NCBI RefSeq assembly: GCF_006345805.1
Contig: NC_043006.1
Span: 88,412,001-88,476,000 of the forward strand
Direction: 5' to 3'
Source of the DNA: Octopus sinensis
Lineage: Eukaryota
DNA length: 64,000 nt
Shown here: positions 26,146 to 40,349 of the stretch, one piece after another
How positions within the stretch are numbered: position 1 is the first letter of the stretch
How the letters are laid out: each line of letters starts with the position of its first letter
The notes under the pieces: model-generated
What the model saw: the letters and a program-made list of their open reading frames with translations, nothing else
Database searches by the model: none
Told to the model about the DNA's origin: nothing
Position numbers and translations under genes: made by a program

Positions 26146-27794
26146 CCCTCTAACGCCTCCGAAAAATAACACTGACAATAAACCGCCGAAAATTAACACT
26201 GACAATAGCGTGACGGGCTGGGGTATTTTTTCATCGTGGTAACACGTGCTGAGAAGGGTGGGTCTATAATAACAGTCCCAAAACCGGCCCACACGAGTCA
26301 AATTACTAGAAAATATATATAGCTGGATGCTATATTGGTATGTTGAATAATTTTCTTAACCCGTATGCTCGCAAACAGTTGATTTCTGTAGTTATTGTCA
26401 GTGTTATTTTTCGGCGGTTTAAATTAGTTTTGACTGTAATTTCCAGAAGGCAGACATACTCAGAATGTCCTTTGATTAATATAAATATTAATCCTTCAGC
26501 TATTTAATGCTTTTGGCGTGTGGGGCCTGCAATATCGCCTATATTATTAATTCTGTTATTATCAATTTGATTATTCTATCCTAGATAATAATTGAGCTAA
26601 TGGTATCTTTGCAAGATATGACTCAGAACCGCTGATGCATATTTTATATAATACCATTGTTCAATGTTATGTGAGGCAAAATCTTAGCAATAGATCATTT
26701 TATTTATTTATCTATTTATGTTACTGCCGATGCTCGTCTTGCTCAGAATATCTATAGTTTCATAGAAGCAAACTGAAAAACCAACTACACACAAAAGGCC
26801 AATTGTACTTTTAACATCATTCGCTTTTCTGGCATACCCAACCATCAAACATATGGGTACCATTGTTGTTATCCTGTATGTTAGGCTGTTTGAATGCTCT
26901 TTTCGTATCACAGAAACTACTTGGACAAAAAATCGAAGAATTACTATTGCTGGTGTAACCATGATATTCTGGTGATTTGATGAGCTAGAATTCTTTATTT
27001 GCAATTATTTGTGAATATACAGTTGTACTGTAAAATGGTGAGCGCACATATTAACGTAAAAATGTATCCTTATTTTCTTCGAAACGGCCGTAATCCTATG
27101 AAAGTTACGTGGTTAAATAAATATATATCCATACGTGGTTAAATAAATATATATTCATACGTGGTTAAATAAATATATATTCATACTTCCTGACTTTATG
27201 TTTTTACAATTTATTTTATCAAGATTTATCAAATTAATCAGCTAAGTTAAGATTTTAAAATGTTGATTTTGGTTTCTAAAATTTTGAAAACTATTCGGTC
27301 ATACACTGAAAGGGTAACATTGCACATACACACACACACAAACACACACACAAACACACAGACAGACAGATACACACACACACACACGCACGCACGCACG
27401 CACAAAACAAATTTCAATGGAAAGAGTGTCACAGACAGTGTTTCGTAACAAATTACTAGTCCAAAAACTCGTTTTTATTTCCGTCGGTTTCGCCGATAGG
27501 ACTTCAGTTGTGCGATCAACTGAATTTACTGTTTATTGTATTTACTTATAAAAGATTGAGTGTGTGTACCCTAAATTTCATCTTCAGGTAGAGTCAGTGT
27601 GTTATAAGGCCGGTTACGGTTACAATCCATCACACGGGCTGCCACACAGTTTCTATGTGTCCAATTTTTGTCACTCAAAACCAATTATCTGCAAGCCACC
27701 CAACTATGAATGAGCAATATGTTTCTAGAAACAGATAAGGAGTTTGACATTCTAATCCTCTTACTCAAGCAGTAATAAGAACCTTATTTTGCAA

Positions 27795-29430
27795 TATTGT
27801 GCGCCAAGAATGTGGACCATCCGGGTTTGCTAAAAGGTGATGCGATATCATTGAAAAATGTTTTACTATGTTTATGCGCCAGAGTCTTCTTGAAGTAATT
27901 CGTAAATGGACAAAGGTTGTTTACAAATATAAGTGGAAGGAAATTGATCACTTAGTACTAAAGAATTTTATGGGACTGATTATTCTTATAGGTGTTTATA
28001 AATCTAACCATGCAAATGTCACACAGTTATGTAATCAAGAAGATGCCCCACCCACCCAAGTGTCAACAATATTATGAACTAGGGAAGATTTCAACAGATT
28101 TTACAAATATTGCGTTTTGATGATGCTAGTGCAAGAAGAAAAAAGAAAAGTGATGAGGAAATGGAGCCCATAAGAGAAGTATTTAAAATGTGGAGTCAGA
28201 ATTTGCAAGATGGATATGTTCCAAGTTCATGTATGACAGTTGATGAATAATTAGTTTCATTCAGAGGGCGCTGCCCATTCCGAGTATTTATTCCTTCAAA
28301 ACCAGGAAAATATGGAATTAAAATTTGGGCAATATGCCCAAATTATGACTGGAAAATGCAAATCTACGCTGGAAAAGGCACAGTAAAAGAGAGAGAAACA
28401 AATCAAAGTTCAAGATTTGTTGAAGACTAGCTTGAAAAGAGCTTGAAAATATTGGTCGCATTATAACTTTTGATAATTTTTTTTCAAGTCTAGGATTGGC
28501 TCGAAAGCTGCTTAGCAAAAAAGCTACTTTATTTGGAACAATTAGAAAGAACAGAGTTGAACTTCCAAGTGCTTTCACAAATAGAAAGGAAAGAAAAATC
28601 AACAGCACAATATTTGGATTTCAAAAGGATTCTATGATCCTATCTTATTGTCTCAAGAAAAATTATGTTGTCACACTTATGAGTACAATACACTCTCAGC
28701 CTTTAATTGATTCAAAACGTGCTGAAAAGAAACCTGAAGTTATTACATGTTACAACAAAACAAAAGTGGGAGGAAATACCCTAGATATGATGGTAAGGAC
28801 ATACATTTGCAAAAGAATGACTCGAAGATGGCCAATCGTTTTATTCTAGAACATGATTGATATAAGTGCAGTGAATGCTTTCATTGTTGCTAAACATCTT
28901 CACTTGAAAAGTTTCAAGGATAAAAGAAGACTGCTTAATTTAGTTAGGAAAAGAACGTGTTGGAGTTAATGCGCAACAAGAATATGACAAACTCTGTTCT
29001 AGTTCTAACATTTCTTAACCAAACAAGAAAAGAAGACGATCTTCAACCTCTTTTGAGATTCTTCAGCCAAAGAAAAAAGAAAGATGTTTTTGTGTGGCCC
29101 CAAAAAAGACAAGAGAACTCATACTACATGTAAGAATTGTAAAGCCATGTTTGCCAAGAACATTGCAATGTTCCCTGCATTCACTGCCATGAAGAGCTGT
29201 AATTCTGTATTTTTGTAATTTTTTAAATTTATAATATATTCTGTAAGCTGTATTTTTTTATTAAAATTTGTGAGAACAGTAATTCTTCATTCACCTGATG
29301 GCATATATAATGTAACTAAGAAATAGTGGTAGCTTGAATAAAATTTCATTAAGAGAAAAATATTGGGTCCATTGGACCCTGTTGGTAATTAGTGACATGC
29401 ATTTTTACTCAAGGCCAGCCAGTTAGGAGT
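27795..29430 (+). mobile_element. piggyBac (PGBD4-like) transposon, decayed
   Basis: [78 protein letters not shown], a Cys-rich C-terminus and the subterminal palindrome gggtccattggaccc. Confidence 0.88.
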
Positions 29431-30015
29431 ATGAGGTAAGTCAAATAAGTCGACCCTAATGTTCAACTGTACTTATTTAATGACACGCTGGTGAGAAGCC
29501 ACTGGATAGGTCGGATTAGAGTGCCTTACACCTGTATCTGTTCGTCATTGCACGTCCTGCAGTCTGGAACCCTAAAGGGATCCATAACACCTTGATGGCA
29601 GAGATGATTTTTCAATTGATGTGCACTCCTTTCTTTGGAGACTTTTTCTCTCTTTTTACGCTTGACGCTCCCTTTGACAGTTTGGGAACGTTTCTCCACA
29701 ATCATCATCATCATCATTTCTCTCTCTCTCTCTCTCTCTCTCCCCCTCTCTCTTTCTCATCACAAGAAAATGGAGTAATGGTGGTTATTGTTGTGGGGAC
29801 TAAGATGTCTTCAAGATATTGTTATATTTTTACCATCCTCCGGTTCTTCGAATATCTAGTAGATTTTAATGAACTACAGATATGTCCATAAGATCTGTGT
29901 TTATCATTGAAGGAGGACGAATTTCAATTCATTGTTCTACCCATTATCGTTTGAGGAAGGGAACCATTGATGATTTGATGATTGAGTTCTTTCTCGTCTG
30001 ATTTTATTTTTTTCA

Positions 30016-30418
30016 ATCATCATCATCATTGTTCGACCGTGGTCGAGACAATGGAATTTACTATGTTACGCCAGACTTCACGGTCCATCATATCATTACG
30101 GAGGTCCTGTTGGTGGATGCCTGTATCCCTGGAGATTACATCAGGGTAGGAGAGTGTGCGCCCTCTGGAATCGCGAGCAGATGGCTTCCAGAGGAGAAGA
30201 GTAGAAATTACCTCATTTAAGAGCGATGTCGTCTTCTAAGTTTTATTTCAAAGCCCTTATCAGAAATGGTATCAACTGACATACGTAGCACATAGTCAAC
30301 GACAATGATGAAGAGAAATGGGGCAAGTGTGTCTCCCTGCAGTATTCCGGCTTTGATTGAGAAAGATGATGTTTCCCCATCAGGAGTTAAGATGGTTGAA
30401 GACGTATCTGTGTAGAGG
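30016..30418 (-). mobile_element. RTEX-type LINE fragment, 5' truncated and internally deleted
   Basis: LYTDTSSTILTPDGET...AGILQGDTLAPFLFIIVVDYVLR followed by a 3' end with a (GAT)n tail. Confidence 0.8.
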
Positions 30419-30545
30419 ACCTTGATGGCAGAGACGATTTTTCAATTGATGTGCACTCCTCTTTTCTTTGGAGACGTTTTCTCTCTTTTTACGCTTGACG
30501 CTCCCTTTGACAGTTTGGGAACGTTTCTCCACAATCATCATCATC

Positions 30546-30580
<35 letters not shown>

Positions 30581-31599
30581 TCTGTCTCTCTCCCTCTCTC
30601 TCTCACTCTCTCTCCCCCTCTCTCTCTCTCTCTCATCACAAGAAAATGGAGTAATGGTGGTTATTGTTGTGGGGACTAAGACTTACTGATGTTACTATGG
30701 CCACATTTTCATCTGTCTCCCTCACTCGCAAAATGGCTAGAGGAATGGGACTCTCAGGTTTCTGGTCAGTTCTTGAGACCAAGAATGAGGTAAGCTCCTC
30801 TGCCATTTACAGGGGTTTGATTGACAGTGTTTAGGATCCTGCTGTTATTGTTGTTGTTCATTTGATTTGTAAAAGTTTTCGAGAAGAAACTTTCACGTGA
30901 CTTTTGCTGAACTTGTATACCAAAGTCTCCAGTGCTGCACTGCCAGTCTGACTAATCGTATTTCTGCGTCCACGAATAGACGTAATTTTGTCAAAGCGTT
31001 GTGGTTTTATGGGTTTATAAGAAGTTGTAAGTCTATACTGGCCCCTTTCGATTACATGTATTTTCTCATTGATCGTCCCCACAATGTCCCCGAAAAAAAC
31101 ATTAAAATACACAAAGGATCGCCATGCAGCTATTATCCACTCGCGGATAATAGATGTATGTAACTATCCAGGCAGAAAATGCGAGTGACTTTGAAGCATA
31201 AAAAATTGGAAGCATAAGCTTACGCCATCAGGAAGAAATGTTCAAATTAAGATAGTACTACTGTTCGTGGTATGCACGATACCTTTAATATTGGTTTTAA
31301 GAAAATGGGCAAAAAAATGTTCAAAATAAGCTATTAACTATAAAGCGATGATCTTAAGAAGTGTAAAAAGAGCAGAGATCAAATGGATATGTGAGTTTAT
31401 TTATTCATTTCATAGAGATGGATTTCGGGATTAGAGAAGAAAATGGTATTATCTGACAGGATAGGGAAGGTGAAGGTAGATATAGAGGACAGTAGATACA
31501 AATATTTAAACACAGAGAACAGTGGACATAAATATTTATTAAAAACAGATAAGATCAAAGAAACTTAAACAAAAGAGCATTTGAAAATGAATATTTTAG

Positions 31600-32080
31600 A
31601 AGGTAGCTGGTCTTAAAAAGCAAATTTAATTTGCATAAAAATAGAAAAAAAAAACATAATTATGACAACATACATTTAGCTTTCGATGACGAAGTATGGA
31701 GCTGGGATTATCAAAAGAGATTAGAAGGCTTGATGTTAAAGCACGAAAGAGAATGGCTATAAATGATGCACTACATCACCCAAAAAGTTATGACTATAGA
31801 AGTTATCTTCAAAGAAGCAGAGTTAGAAGACGGTTGAAAAGCTGCTAAAACTGTATAAGACTGAGCGAGACCATCGTAGTTGCTACAGAAAGAACAGTGG
31901 TGAAGTCTGGGTGATGGATGTAAAACGAAGTTGTATTGAAATGATTATTAGAACAGAAGAAGAGTGATAAAGGGAATGGATAATTAATGCATGACCAGTT
32001 TATAAAAGACATAAAAAAGTGGATTAGATAAGCAATCATTGGAATGGGTGGATACAATAATCAGACCTTAAGATAATATG
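31600..32080 (+). mobile_element. Dong/R4 RT C-terminal remnant
   Basis: KYGAGII...LDVKARKRMAINDALHHPK (cf. YGAGII..LDxKTRKxMTxHxALHPK). Confidence 0.6.
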
Positions 32081-33090
32081 ATTCCTGTGTTTTGGTTCTT
32101 TTAAAATGAGTTGCAATACAAAATTAATTAAAATTATTAACGGTTAAACCACACAAAACACATATTACATAGACTGCCTCAGAAAAATAAGCACTGTTCA
32201 GGAAATCTATCGTTTCCCTATCATTCGCCTCCCTGGTATATCTATGACAATGTTATCATCTAGTTTGTTCGTAGAGTAAGTATCCACTCTCGTATCTCGA
32301 AAACCGCTTTTAACTAGCACGACAGCACTATTTATAAAGCCGAAGCATATAAAATTATGGAAGGAAATATAGAAGTGATTGTGAGTTGGCATGGGCAGTT
32401 GGTATTAGATGCAACGATATATACTGTGTCTGACAAAATACCTAGCATTATTTAGTTAGAATTCAAATATTAACTTTGCCCCTAGATCTCAAACTCCGAT
32501 TTAATATTCAACTGGTTTTTGAAATCCCTTTTTTTCCCTTGCATGTTATACATCTCTGGTTATCCCCGGGATTAATGAGGTGATGTTTTTCTCTTGGCAG
32601 TTTCCCCGAACAAGTGTCCCTACAGGTTGCATAAACAATATCATCAAATGTGGCTACTTTGTGTTCTACCAAACTCCGTTCATATCAGCTCATTCAGCTT
32701 TTCAACTATGATAATATCTAGTCTTCCCAGTTCCTCTTTTGCATTTGTGGGTGGCAAGTTGAAATTCTGGCATTTGGCACAAGAGCCTATGCAAAATCCT
32801 CATTTAAATAGACGTATGCAGATGTCCTTGAGATTTGTTTTTCTGGCGTCTTATCTGTTAATACAGCGTGTTACCACTCATCCATCAAAGTCTTCATATG
32901 GCTTCTCTTTTTTTTTCTGTGGCGATCAGAAGGGAATTTCATTCCACGGACACTCAGGCCTACCATCTGTTCTTCGCACAGGGACCGACATGAATATTCA
33001 TTTGTTATTGGGGTGGCTTTGGCAGATTCATCATTCTCTCCCTTTCGATGAACGCTGGGAATATGTTTTATCTCTGCGAAGTAGCAAGCA

Positions 33091-33330
33091 GCAAGCTATG
33101 AAATAAGTAGCTGGGTAGCGGCTAACTATGAACTAGCTAGCTGTGAATAAGCTAGGTGCAAACTAGCTAGTTTTGAACTAACTAGCTATGATCTAAGTAA
33201 TTGCGAATTAGCTAACTGTAAACTAGCTAAGTGTGAAATTGTTAGTTGCGAACTAGCTAGGTGTGAACTAGTTAGGTGCGAACTAGTTAACTGCGAACTA
33301 GCTAACTTTGAAATAACTAGCTGTGTACCA
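33091..33330 (+). repeat. 15-bp tandem array, 16 units, no indels (consensus gctaactgygaacta)
   Basis: Units stay in phase from 33091 to 33330 and translate as (A-N/S/R-C-E-L)n with one TAA. Confidence 0.9.
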
Positions 33331-33654
33331 TCTTCTTCCAGATCTATCTGACAAAACAATCTCCTCTTTTCTTCGATCTCCTCTCACCTCGCTCCCAGAT
33401 CGCGCACTCAACACTCATTCCTCCATTTAGTCACCATCTTTTTAAGTTCCAGAGTGATAAATGTTTAACTATGACGTGTTGTAAAATATTCTATTTGTAT
33501 TTTTGCCCCATATTCAGTGTTTAGCTTTTACGGGAAGTTCCATACTAACCGTTCTTACTGTATTTCACAGACGTTTTCTTTGTATTTTCTTGAAACATAA
33601 ATTTAATATATATTCATTGATTTCTGACGAAATTTTTCTTTTTCTGACGACTCA

Positions 33655-33695
<41 letters not shown>

Positions 33696-34324
33696 TGGTG
33701 TGTGTGTGGTGTGTGTGTGTGGTGTGTACGTGCGTGTGTGTGCGTGCGCGCGGTTTTGAGAGAGCAAAAGGGAGAAAGAAAGATACAAAGGAGAAGACAA
33801 GGTGAAGGAATGAATGGAGTGAGGCACATCATCGCAGTATGGCAATGTACAAAGAAGTAGGGTGTCAACATGTGTTGAAGTTAAACCCGAGAAATAAAAG
33901 AAATTTAGAATTAAAGAGAAAAGGAACAAATGCTGAAGGCTAAGCGGTCAACGATATGGCTTTTGTCAACAGGTAGTTAGCATGGAGAGAAGAAAGGAAC
34001 GAATATAAAAGAGGAAAATCGATTGAAGAAGAAATGGAGAAAATCATGTAAAGGAAAAAAGAAAAGCTGAAGAAGATAGCGGTGCTGGAGAGAATAAAAG
34101 AAAAATTTCGAGAAGCATGGAAGAGGTCATAAATACGAATGGAATTTATAATAGGTTTATGAATAATTGAATTAACCGTAGAATCTTATGATATTTTATT
34201 AATCAAATGTTATGTTGACATCTTGACTTCGCCTTAGACTAATGATAAATACATATATTTATTCAATTAAATAAGTATTATCACTGATAGTTACTTTATC
34301 GATCTGAAGAGAATAATTGCAATG

Positions 34325-34730
34325 CTTTCAAATTTTTGATACAAGATCGGTAATTTTGAGCGGAGTGAGTCGATTGCATCGACCGCAGTGCTCACCTGGT
34401 ACCTATTTTATCAGCCCTGAAACGTTGAAAAGCAAAGTCGACTTCGGCGGAATTTGAACTCACAGCGTAAAGAAGACGAAATGCCGCTAAGCATTTTGTC
34501 TTCCTAATGATTGTGCCACCTCGCCAACTTAATAATAATAACAATAATTTGAAATTTGGGAGAGAGGGTAGTCGATTACATGGATCTCAGTACTCAACTG
34601 GTACTTAATTTATCGACCCCGAAATGATGAAAGGCAAAGTCGACCTCGGCGGAATTTGAATTCAGAACGTAGCGACAGTCGAAATACAGCTAAGCATTTC
34701 CCCCGGCGTGCTGACGATTCTGCCGCCTTA
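34325..34730 (-). mobile_element. Two tandem SINE family A copies
   Basis: Cores at about 34430 and 34630. Confidence 0.85.
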
Positions 34731-34753
34731 ATAACAACAACAACAACAATAAT

Positions 34754-34784
<31 letters not shown>

Positions 34785-34869
34785 GTAATTCAGGAGCTCT
34801 AACAAAACCTGTGATGAAGAGAAAATGATAACAACAACAACAACAACAACAACAATAATAATACTAATA

Positions 34870-36790
34870 ATTCTTTCTTTATAGGCCACAAGATCCGCAC
34901 ATTGAGCAAAAGAGCGATACAAGACAAAGGATAGCGGTGAGGGTTGTATAAAACATGTAAACAATAAAACTATATAAATTACATATAAATTTATATAAAT
35001 TACAAACAATAAAATTCCGCAATAGGAGTAGCGTCACCCACGAGCAACTAAGGAAACCCACAGGTCCCGTATTTGCGAAACAAATTTTTCAAAACTAAAC
35101 AATAATCACTAAATGTGGCTGCTTTTTATTCCGGCTGCTCCTTCCCATTAACTCATTGAGCACTATGGAAGTTGCTTCTCTCTTCTCCGTAAATTCCAGC
35201 CGACTGGTTCATGCTTTCAGTAAGTTCATTTGCTCGGGTCTTTCTGGCTACATTCACCATTCAACAAATTTGCTAGAAGACCGTACCTCTCTCCCCAAAT
35301 TCACTTCCTACTCCAAGCAGAGCCTGAAAATAAAAGTTGATGAGGGCTTTGCTGGAGAGGAAAGTACCTGCCTTCAAGCCTTTGAATTGCATCCAATACA
35401 CAACGTCTTTCTCTATGGCCACCAGACAGAGAAAACCTGTCAGCTTTTCCTGGCTAAAGGAAGGCAGCGGGGCGATATTCACGATGGAGTCGACGGATAG
35501 CTAGATCCCTCCTTCACGCTACAGCAGGTGTTCCACTTAACTCCACAAGTCAACAATGTTCGAGCATTGAATGAATGCGTGTTGAACGGTTTCGTCGTTC
35601 CGCGTTCTTTTCGGGCAGGTGCGGGTGACGTTACTACGAAGCCTGTAGACGTTTAGTTCAACGCCCAGAGTCACCTCGAGAACGCCTTCATACTTCCTTT
35701 CCACTATATAATGCTAGAGTGTAACATCCACCGACGCCGTTGCCCATCTGGTAGAGGGTTGTTAGCGCCTAATGATACTCAGGGTATCAGGTTCCCGGTA
35801 TCGGTTTTCCTTCACCCAGGACTGAATCTCCGTCAAGGACGCGAGCAGCGAAAAGACTTGTTTCACGAACAGAGATCACACATGTTCACTATCCAGGAAT
35901 CGTTGTAGGTAGCGCCATGTCAGCGCATATCTGGGCATCAGCAACCACGCGGAGGGTGCTGGCAGTAAACTGACCGCCTGACCATTACAGCGTGACGTTT
36001 TCTCAAGCAATAGCCGGGACAAGACACGACGGCCTGGCGATGAATAATAATGGAGGCGGTGTAGGCATTCGCCACTTCTGCCCGACATTTCAGAAACAGC
36101 TTCCTCTCTGCCTATTTCTGAGTAAGAATAGCCACTCTGTTAGCCACCTCAGAGATGACCCGGTTCTTATCCAACTGGAGGGGAATAAGGACTGGGCCAG
36201 TCCAGCGTTTACCGATGCCGTCCGATAGCATGTACCTGCCTCTCCAGATGCCCAGTCTCAAACCTACCGAATTGTCAGTGTTGATTTTAGCCCCTGTCAC
36301 CGACTCGATTCCTTTAGAATGGTGTCGAATGTCTTCGTTTCAGAGACATCTGATACCATGACGGTGACATCGTCCGCATACGTCGACACTTCCCTCCCGT
36401 CTCCCAGTTCAAAAGGAATGCTCCTCAACTGCCCCAGTTTCAGCAGTAGTGGTTCGAAAGTCAGTACGTACAAAGGAGGTGACAGTGGTCAGCTCTAATG
36501 GACAGAGCGTGCGATGCGAACTGTTCCGATAGGTGACCGTCTACTTTGACCACTGAGCAGGTACCGTTGTGTATTGCAGCGAATGGCCAATTTAAGGATT
36601 ATATCCAAGTAACGATGGTCGACCCCATCGAGTGCTTTAGATTTATCAAAATTGATCAGAACTCCACCGAAAGTTTTACACTCGAATGATATCTCGAATT
36701 TTTATTCTAGCGAATGCAATATATTCCTGATATCGTGCTGAGTGACCTAGAGATACATATTCCAACGAGGAAACCCCTATGAATGCCTTT
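34870..36790 (-). mobile_element. Tx1/L1-clade LINE, 5' truncated, decayed
   Basis: RT motifs FDKSKALDGVDHRYL, CPLSPLLYVLTFEPLL and STYADDVTV; C-terminal FLCLVAIEKDVVYW..KGLKAGTFLS; 3' UTR to about 34870. Confidence 0.85.
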
Positions 36791-39700
36791 AGTTACTTTA
36801 GGGCTACAACAAACTTTCCCCAGTTGAAGCTACATTTATTTATGAAAATTACTGGTATTTAATTTACTGACCCTGCATGAAGAACGTAGTTGTTTCAACA
36901 AATAGAAATAACAAATAAATCTTTATTAAGTGTTACATTACCATCTTAAATAAAGGTTACATGGGCCAACGATATACCAAAAAAGAAAACAAGAAAATAG
37001 ATGGTGCCGTGCGGAAGATGTTTTACAAAATAATTTTTGTTTAGGGAAGGTTTACTGATAAACAACAGCGATAATAATTCGTATAGTTTTCATAAAAATC
37101 ATGCAACTCATGAAATCTAATTCTGCTCAACTATAAAATTATAGATTTCAGAAATTTGTAGAAGGAAGAGCCAATATATTATGGTACATATTTTATAAAC
37201 TGTGAAGGGTATTATCAATTCTTGTGATTTAAATAAATATACGAGAGAAACAGACGTTGAAATGTTCATACTTCCCTCAGTTAGCTCAGAGATAAGAACG
37301 CCATTTTAGTTTAACTATAAGTTAAACCGCTATTTTTACAATGTTCCGTTGATACTGTCACATTTAATCAATTTCACTTGTATTCTGACGATACACATAC
37401 CCATCATATTATGAGAACATCATTCCTAGAAAGAATAATTATATAATAACAACTACAAAAACTACTTCAACAATAAGAAATATGAATTCTCTTGAGAAGA
37501 TATAAGCCCAACTTTTGTGCGAGAAAAGTTATAATTGATTAAATTGAACCAATATATTACAGTTACATATTTCAATCAACACTTGAAGAATATTATTTCT
37601 TACATAGCCATAATGCCGCGCTCCTATTCGAGATGTCTCTGTAAATTTTTTTGACGTTTTTGCTATTCCTCGAAGAATTAAGAGCGTAAACGAAGGGAGA
37701 TGGTAGGAAGGAGGAGAACATTAACGAGTGCAACATTTTTGTTTAGCTAAAAGCCAGTCCGCTATCTTGATTTTTATTTTCTGTTAACACTGTCAAACTC
37801 AATCTGCAAGGCCAGTATTCAAATAATAGCACACTTGAGTATGATTCAAGACAAAAACATATTATAACATTGAAAACAGCAAGAAGCTTATTGTTCAAAC
37901 GAATTGTGAAACTATTTTGGAATGGAAACAAACACAAACTAATGCCAAAATGTTGCGAAATGTTGAGAATAGAGTACAAATAAGAATGGTACTCATCTAA
38001 AGAGAGCAGGAAATCGTAGATGAAGCAATTTGGGACAAGTTTATATCGATTTAACACATATCTTTGAAAATTTATTTCCACCTCAAAATTTCGATAAATT
38101 GACGAACATGAACAAAGTAGACGATAAAGCATTTATGTTCGCGGGTCCTTGGCAAAGTCAAAATCGGTGGCATTTCCCTTTTGTAATATTTACTATTACG
38201 TAAAGACATAAATGTCACAACTTTTTGTTTCCAGCTGATTAGTAAATACTCAGTTGCACTACAACCTGGCATGCTTCTGTACAACTTCCCTCACTTTCTG
38301 AAGTAGTTAGCTGCATACCACCAACATCCAGGTTCTAACGCTGTCGTCATTACTACTTTATCTCAACATTGAACTTCTACGGTAAACCCGTCACCCAGTC
38401 ATTTTCTCAAAATATTTCATACATCCCTCTACAATTCTTCCTCAATTCATGTTCTTCGCTCATACATCAAATTAAGAAGTTTAAGTTGAACATCAACACC
38501 ATTGACTTTGTCTTTGTGGTAAGGCCAACAAAAGATAGGGGTCATTTCCTTCGTGCAAGTCATATTATTTACAAATTCTGTCTGCTCAACATGAATACTG
38601 AAATATCCGTCTATCAGTTCCATTGCTCACTTCTAAATAGCAGTCAGCCAGTAAATTAGGAATGAGATTTTATGTTTGTGAAAAAAGAAAACGTTTTTGT
38701 AAATAGAAAACAGTAAACTTTTAAAGTGTTTGCTCACTACTCTGTGAGAAAAACTTAAAGAGTGCAAGATTGCCGCCTTCTATTATGCGACACAGAAAAA
38801 TTGATAGTCAGACATTCATTCTGGTTTCAGTGTTAATGTCCACATCATGTCCATATACGTAAACTGAAATAGTTGGTGCCAATGTTTAAAATACTAAATA
38901 GCATAACTGATATTATTTAGTCTTTTAATATTACTTAGTGTTATATATAAATTTACGGAGAATGAAACTAAAAACTCATGGAATATCACTGGGAAATATG
39001 GGTAAACTATTGATTTCAAATTTTGGTGCAAGGCCAACAGTTTCTGTGGAGAAGATAAGTTAGTTGCATCGACGCCTGTGCTTAACTGGTACTTATTCTA
39101 ATCGACACCGAAAGGATGAAAGGCGAAGCTGACCTCGACGTAATTTGAACTCAAAATGTAAAGATGGACAAAATGCTGCTAGGCATTTTGCCTGGTCTGC
39201 TAACGATTTTGCCAGCGCGCTGACTTAATATGGGTGAAATATTGCGAATTTTTCGCCCGATGATTGATCAAAGATTTTCCTGCCAGATGAATTCAACTAT
39301 ATGACCAGGAAGCATTGAATAGTAAAAGGTTTTCCAGACTTTCATGCAGTATGCTGCAATTTTTCCGCCAACATTCGATCGTGTTTGTCTCTGACGATTA
39401 TATGGATGTATACATGGTTAAGTATTAGAATAAATAATTGGGGCAGGGACAGTATATTATTTAATGGTTGAAAATATTACACCTGTCTTATCTAGAACCA
39501 TTACGAGAAGTCCCATAGGTTAGTTGCTAGATTGATTTCCGACTATCATCTCTATTTCTCATTAATTCCGTTATGAAAGTTTTACTTTCACCAGGTTACT
39601 TTGTTTCCATTTGTCTCTGAATATTGCATCTGAAAAATAACCATTGAATGAATGCAACAAACATCTCATAAGAGTTCCTTTGAATAACCTCCTTTTCGGA

Positions 39701-40349
39701 CATGTTTCTCTCGCTTAGGGAAGAAGGAAGGGCAAACCCGTCACTACTTACTGGGTCTCGAATACTAGAGGAGGGAGAATAGTAAGAATGTAATCTCAGA
39801 CTGGAGGCCCACTTACACCAGAGTGAACTCTATTGAATGTGCCCGAAAACCAGGTAATGGTGCAAACGAAGCATAAAATCTACAGCCCAAATATGCTACG
39901 AAGTGATTGAAAATAGAATTCAAGGAACCAGAATAAATGCTGCACAGATTTTCGTTCGACGCCATAACGTTTCACCAATATTGCATTACACTATTACTAT
40001 ATTTATTTACCTTATAAAGATGAAGAGCAAAATCAGCATAAAAGGGATTAGAGTAGAATAGAAACAGAATAAATTATCCAACGATTTTCGTTTTGACAAC
40101 CTAATAATTTCTTTATTCCATTGATACAACGAGGTTGGTACTATATTTACCACACATGAAAAATAAATTTAACTTCTGTGAAATATAAACTCACAACGCA
40201 GTGAGACAGAATAAATACCGTAAGGCATATTCATCCAGTATTTTAATACTTCTGCCATTTCGTTTCATGGCTGTCATTGTTAAAGTTGTATTTACCGGGA
40301 AATGAGTCATCAAAGTTATGCCATCATGATAAAAGAACTGGTTGACAGA

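Noticed and set aside
37740-38220. Moderately long plus-strand frames (…KLFWNGNKHKLMPKCCEMLRIEYK)
   Set aside because: Multiple stops and no recognisable motif; probably an old TE.
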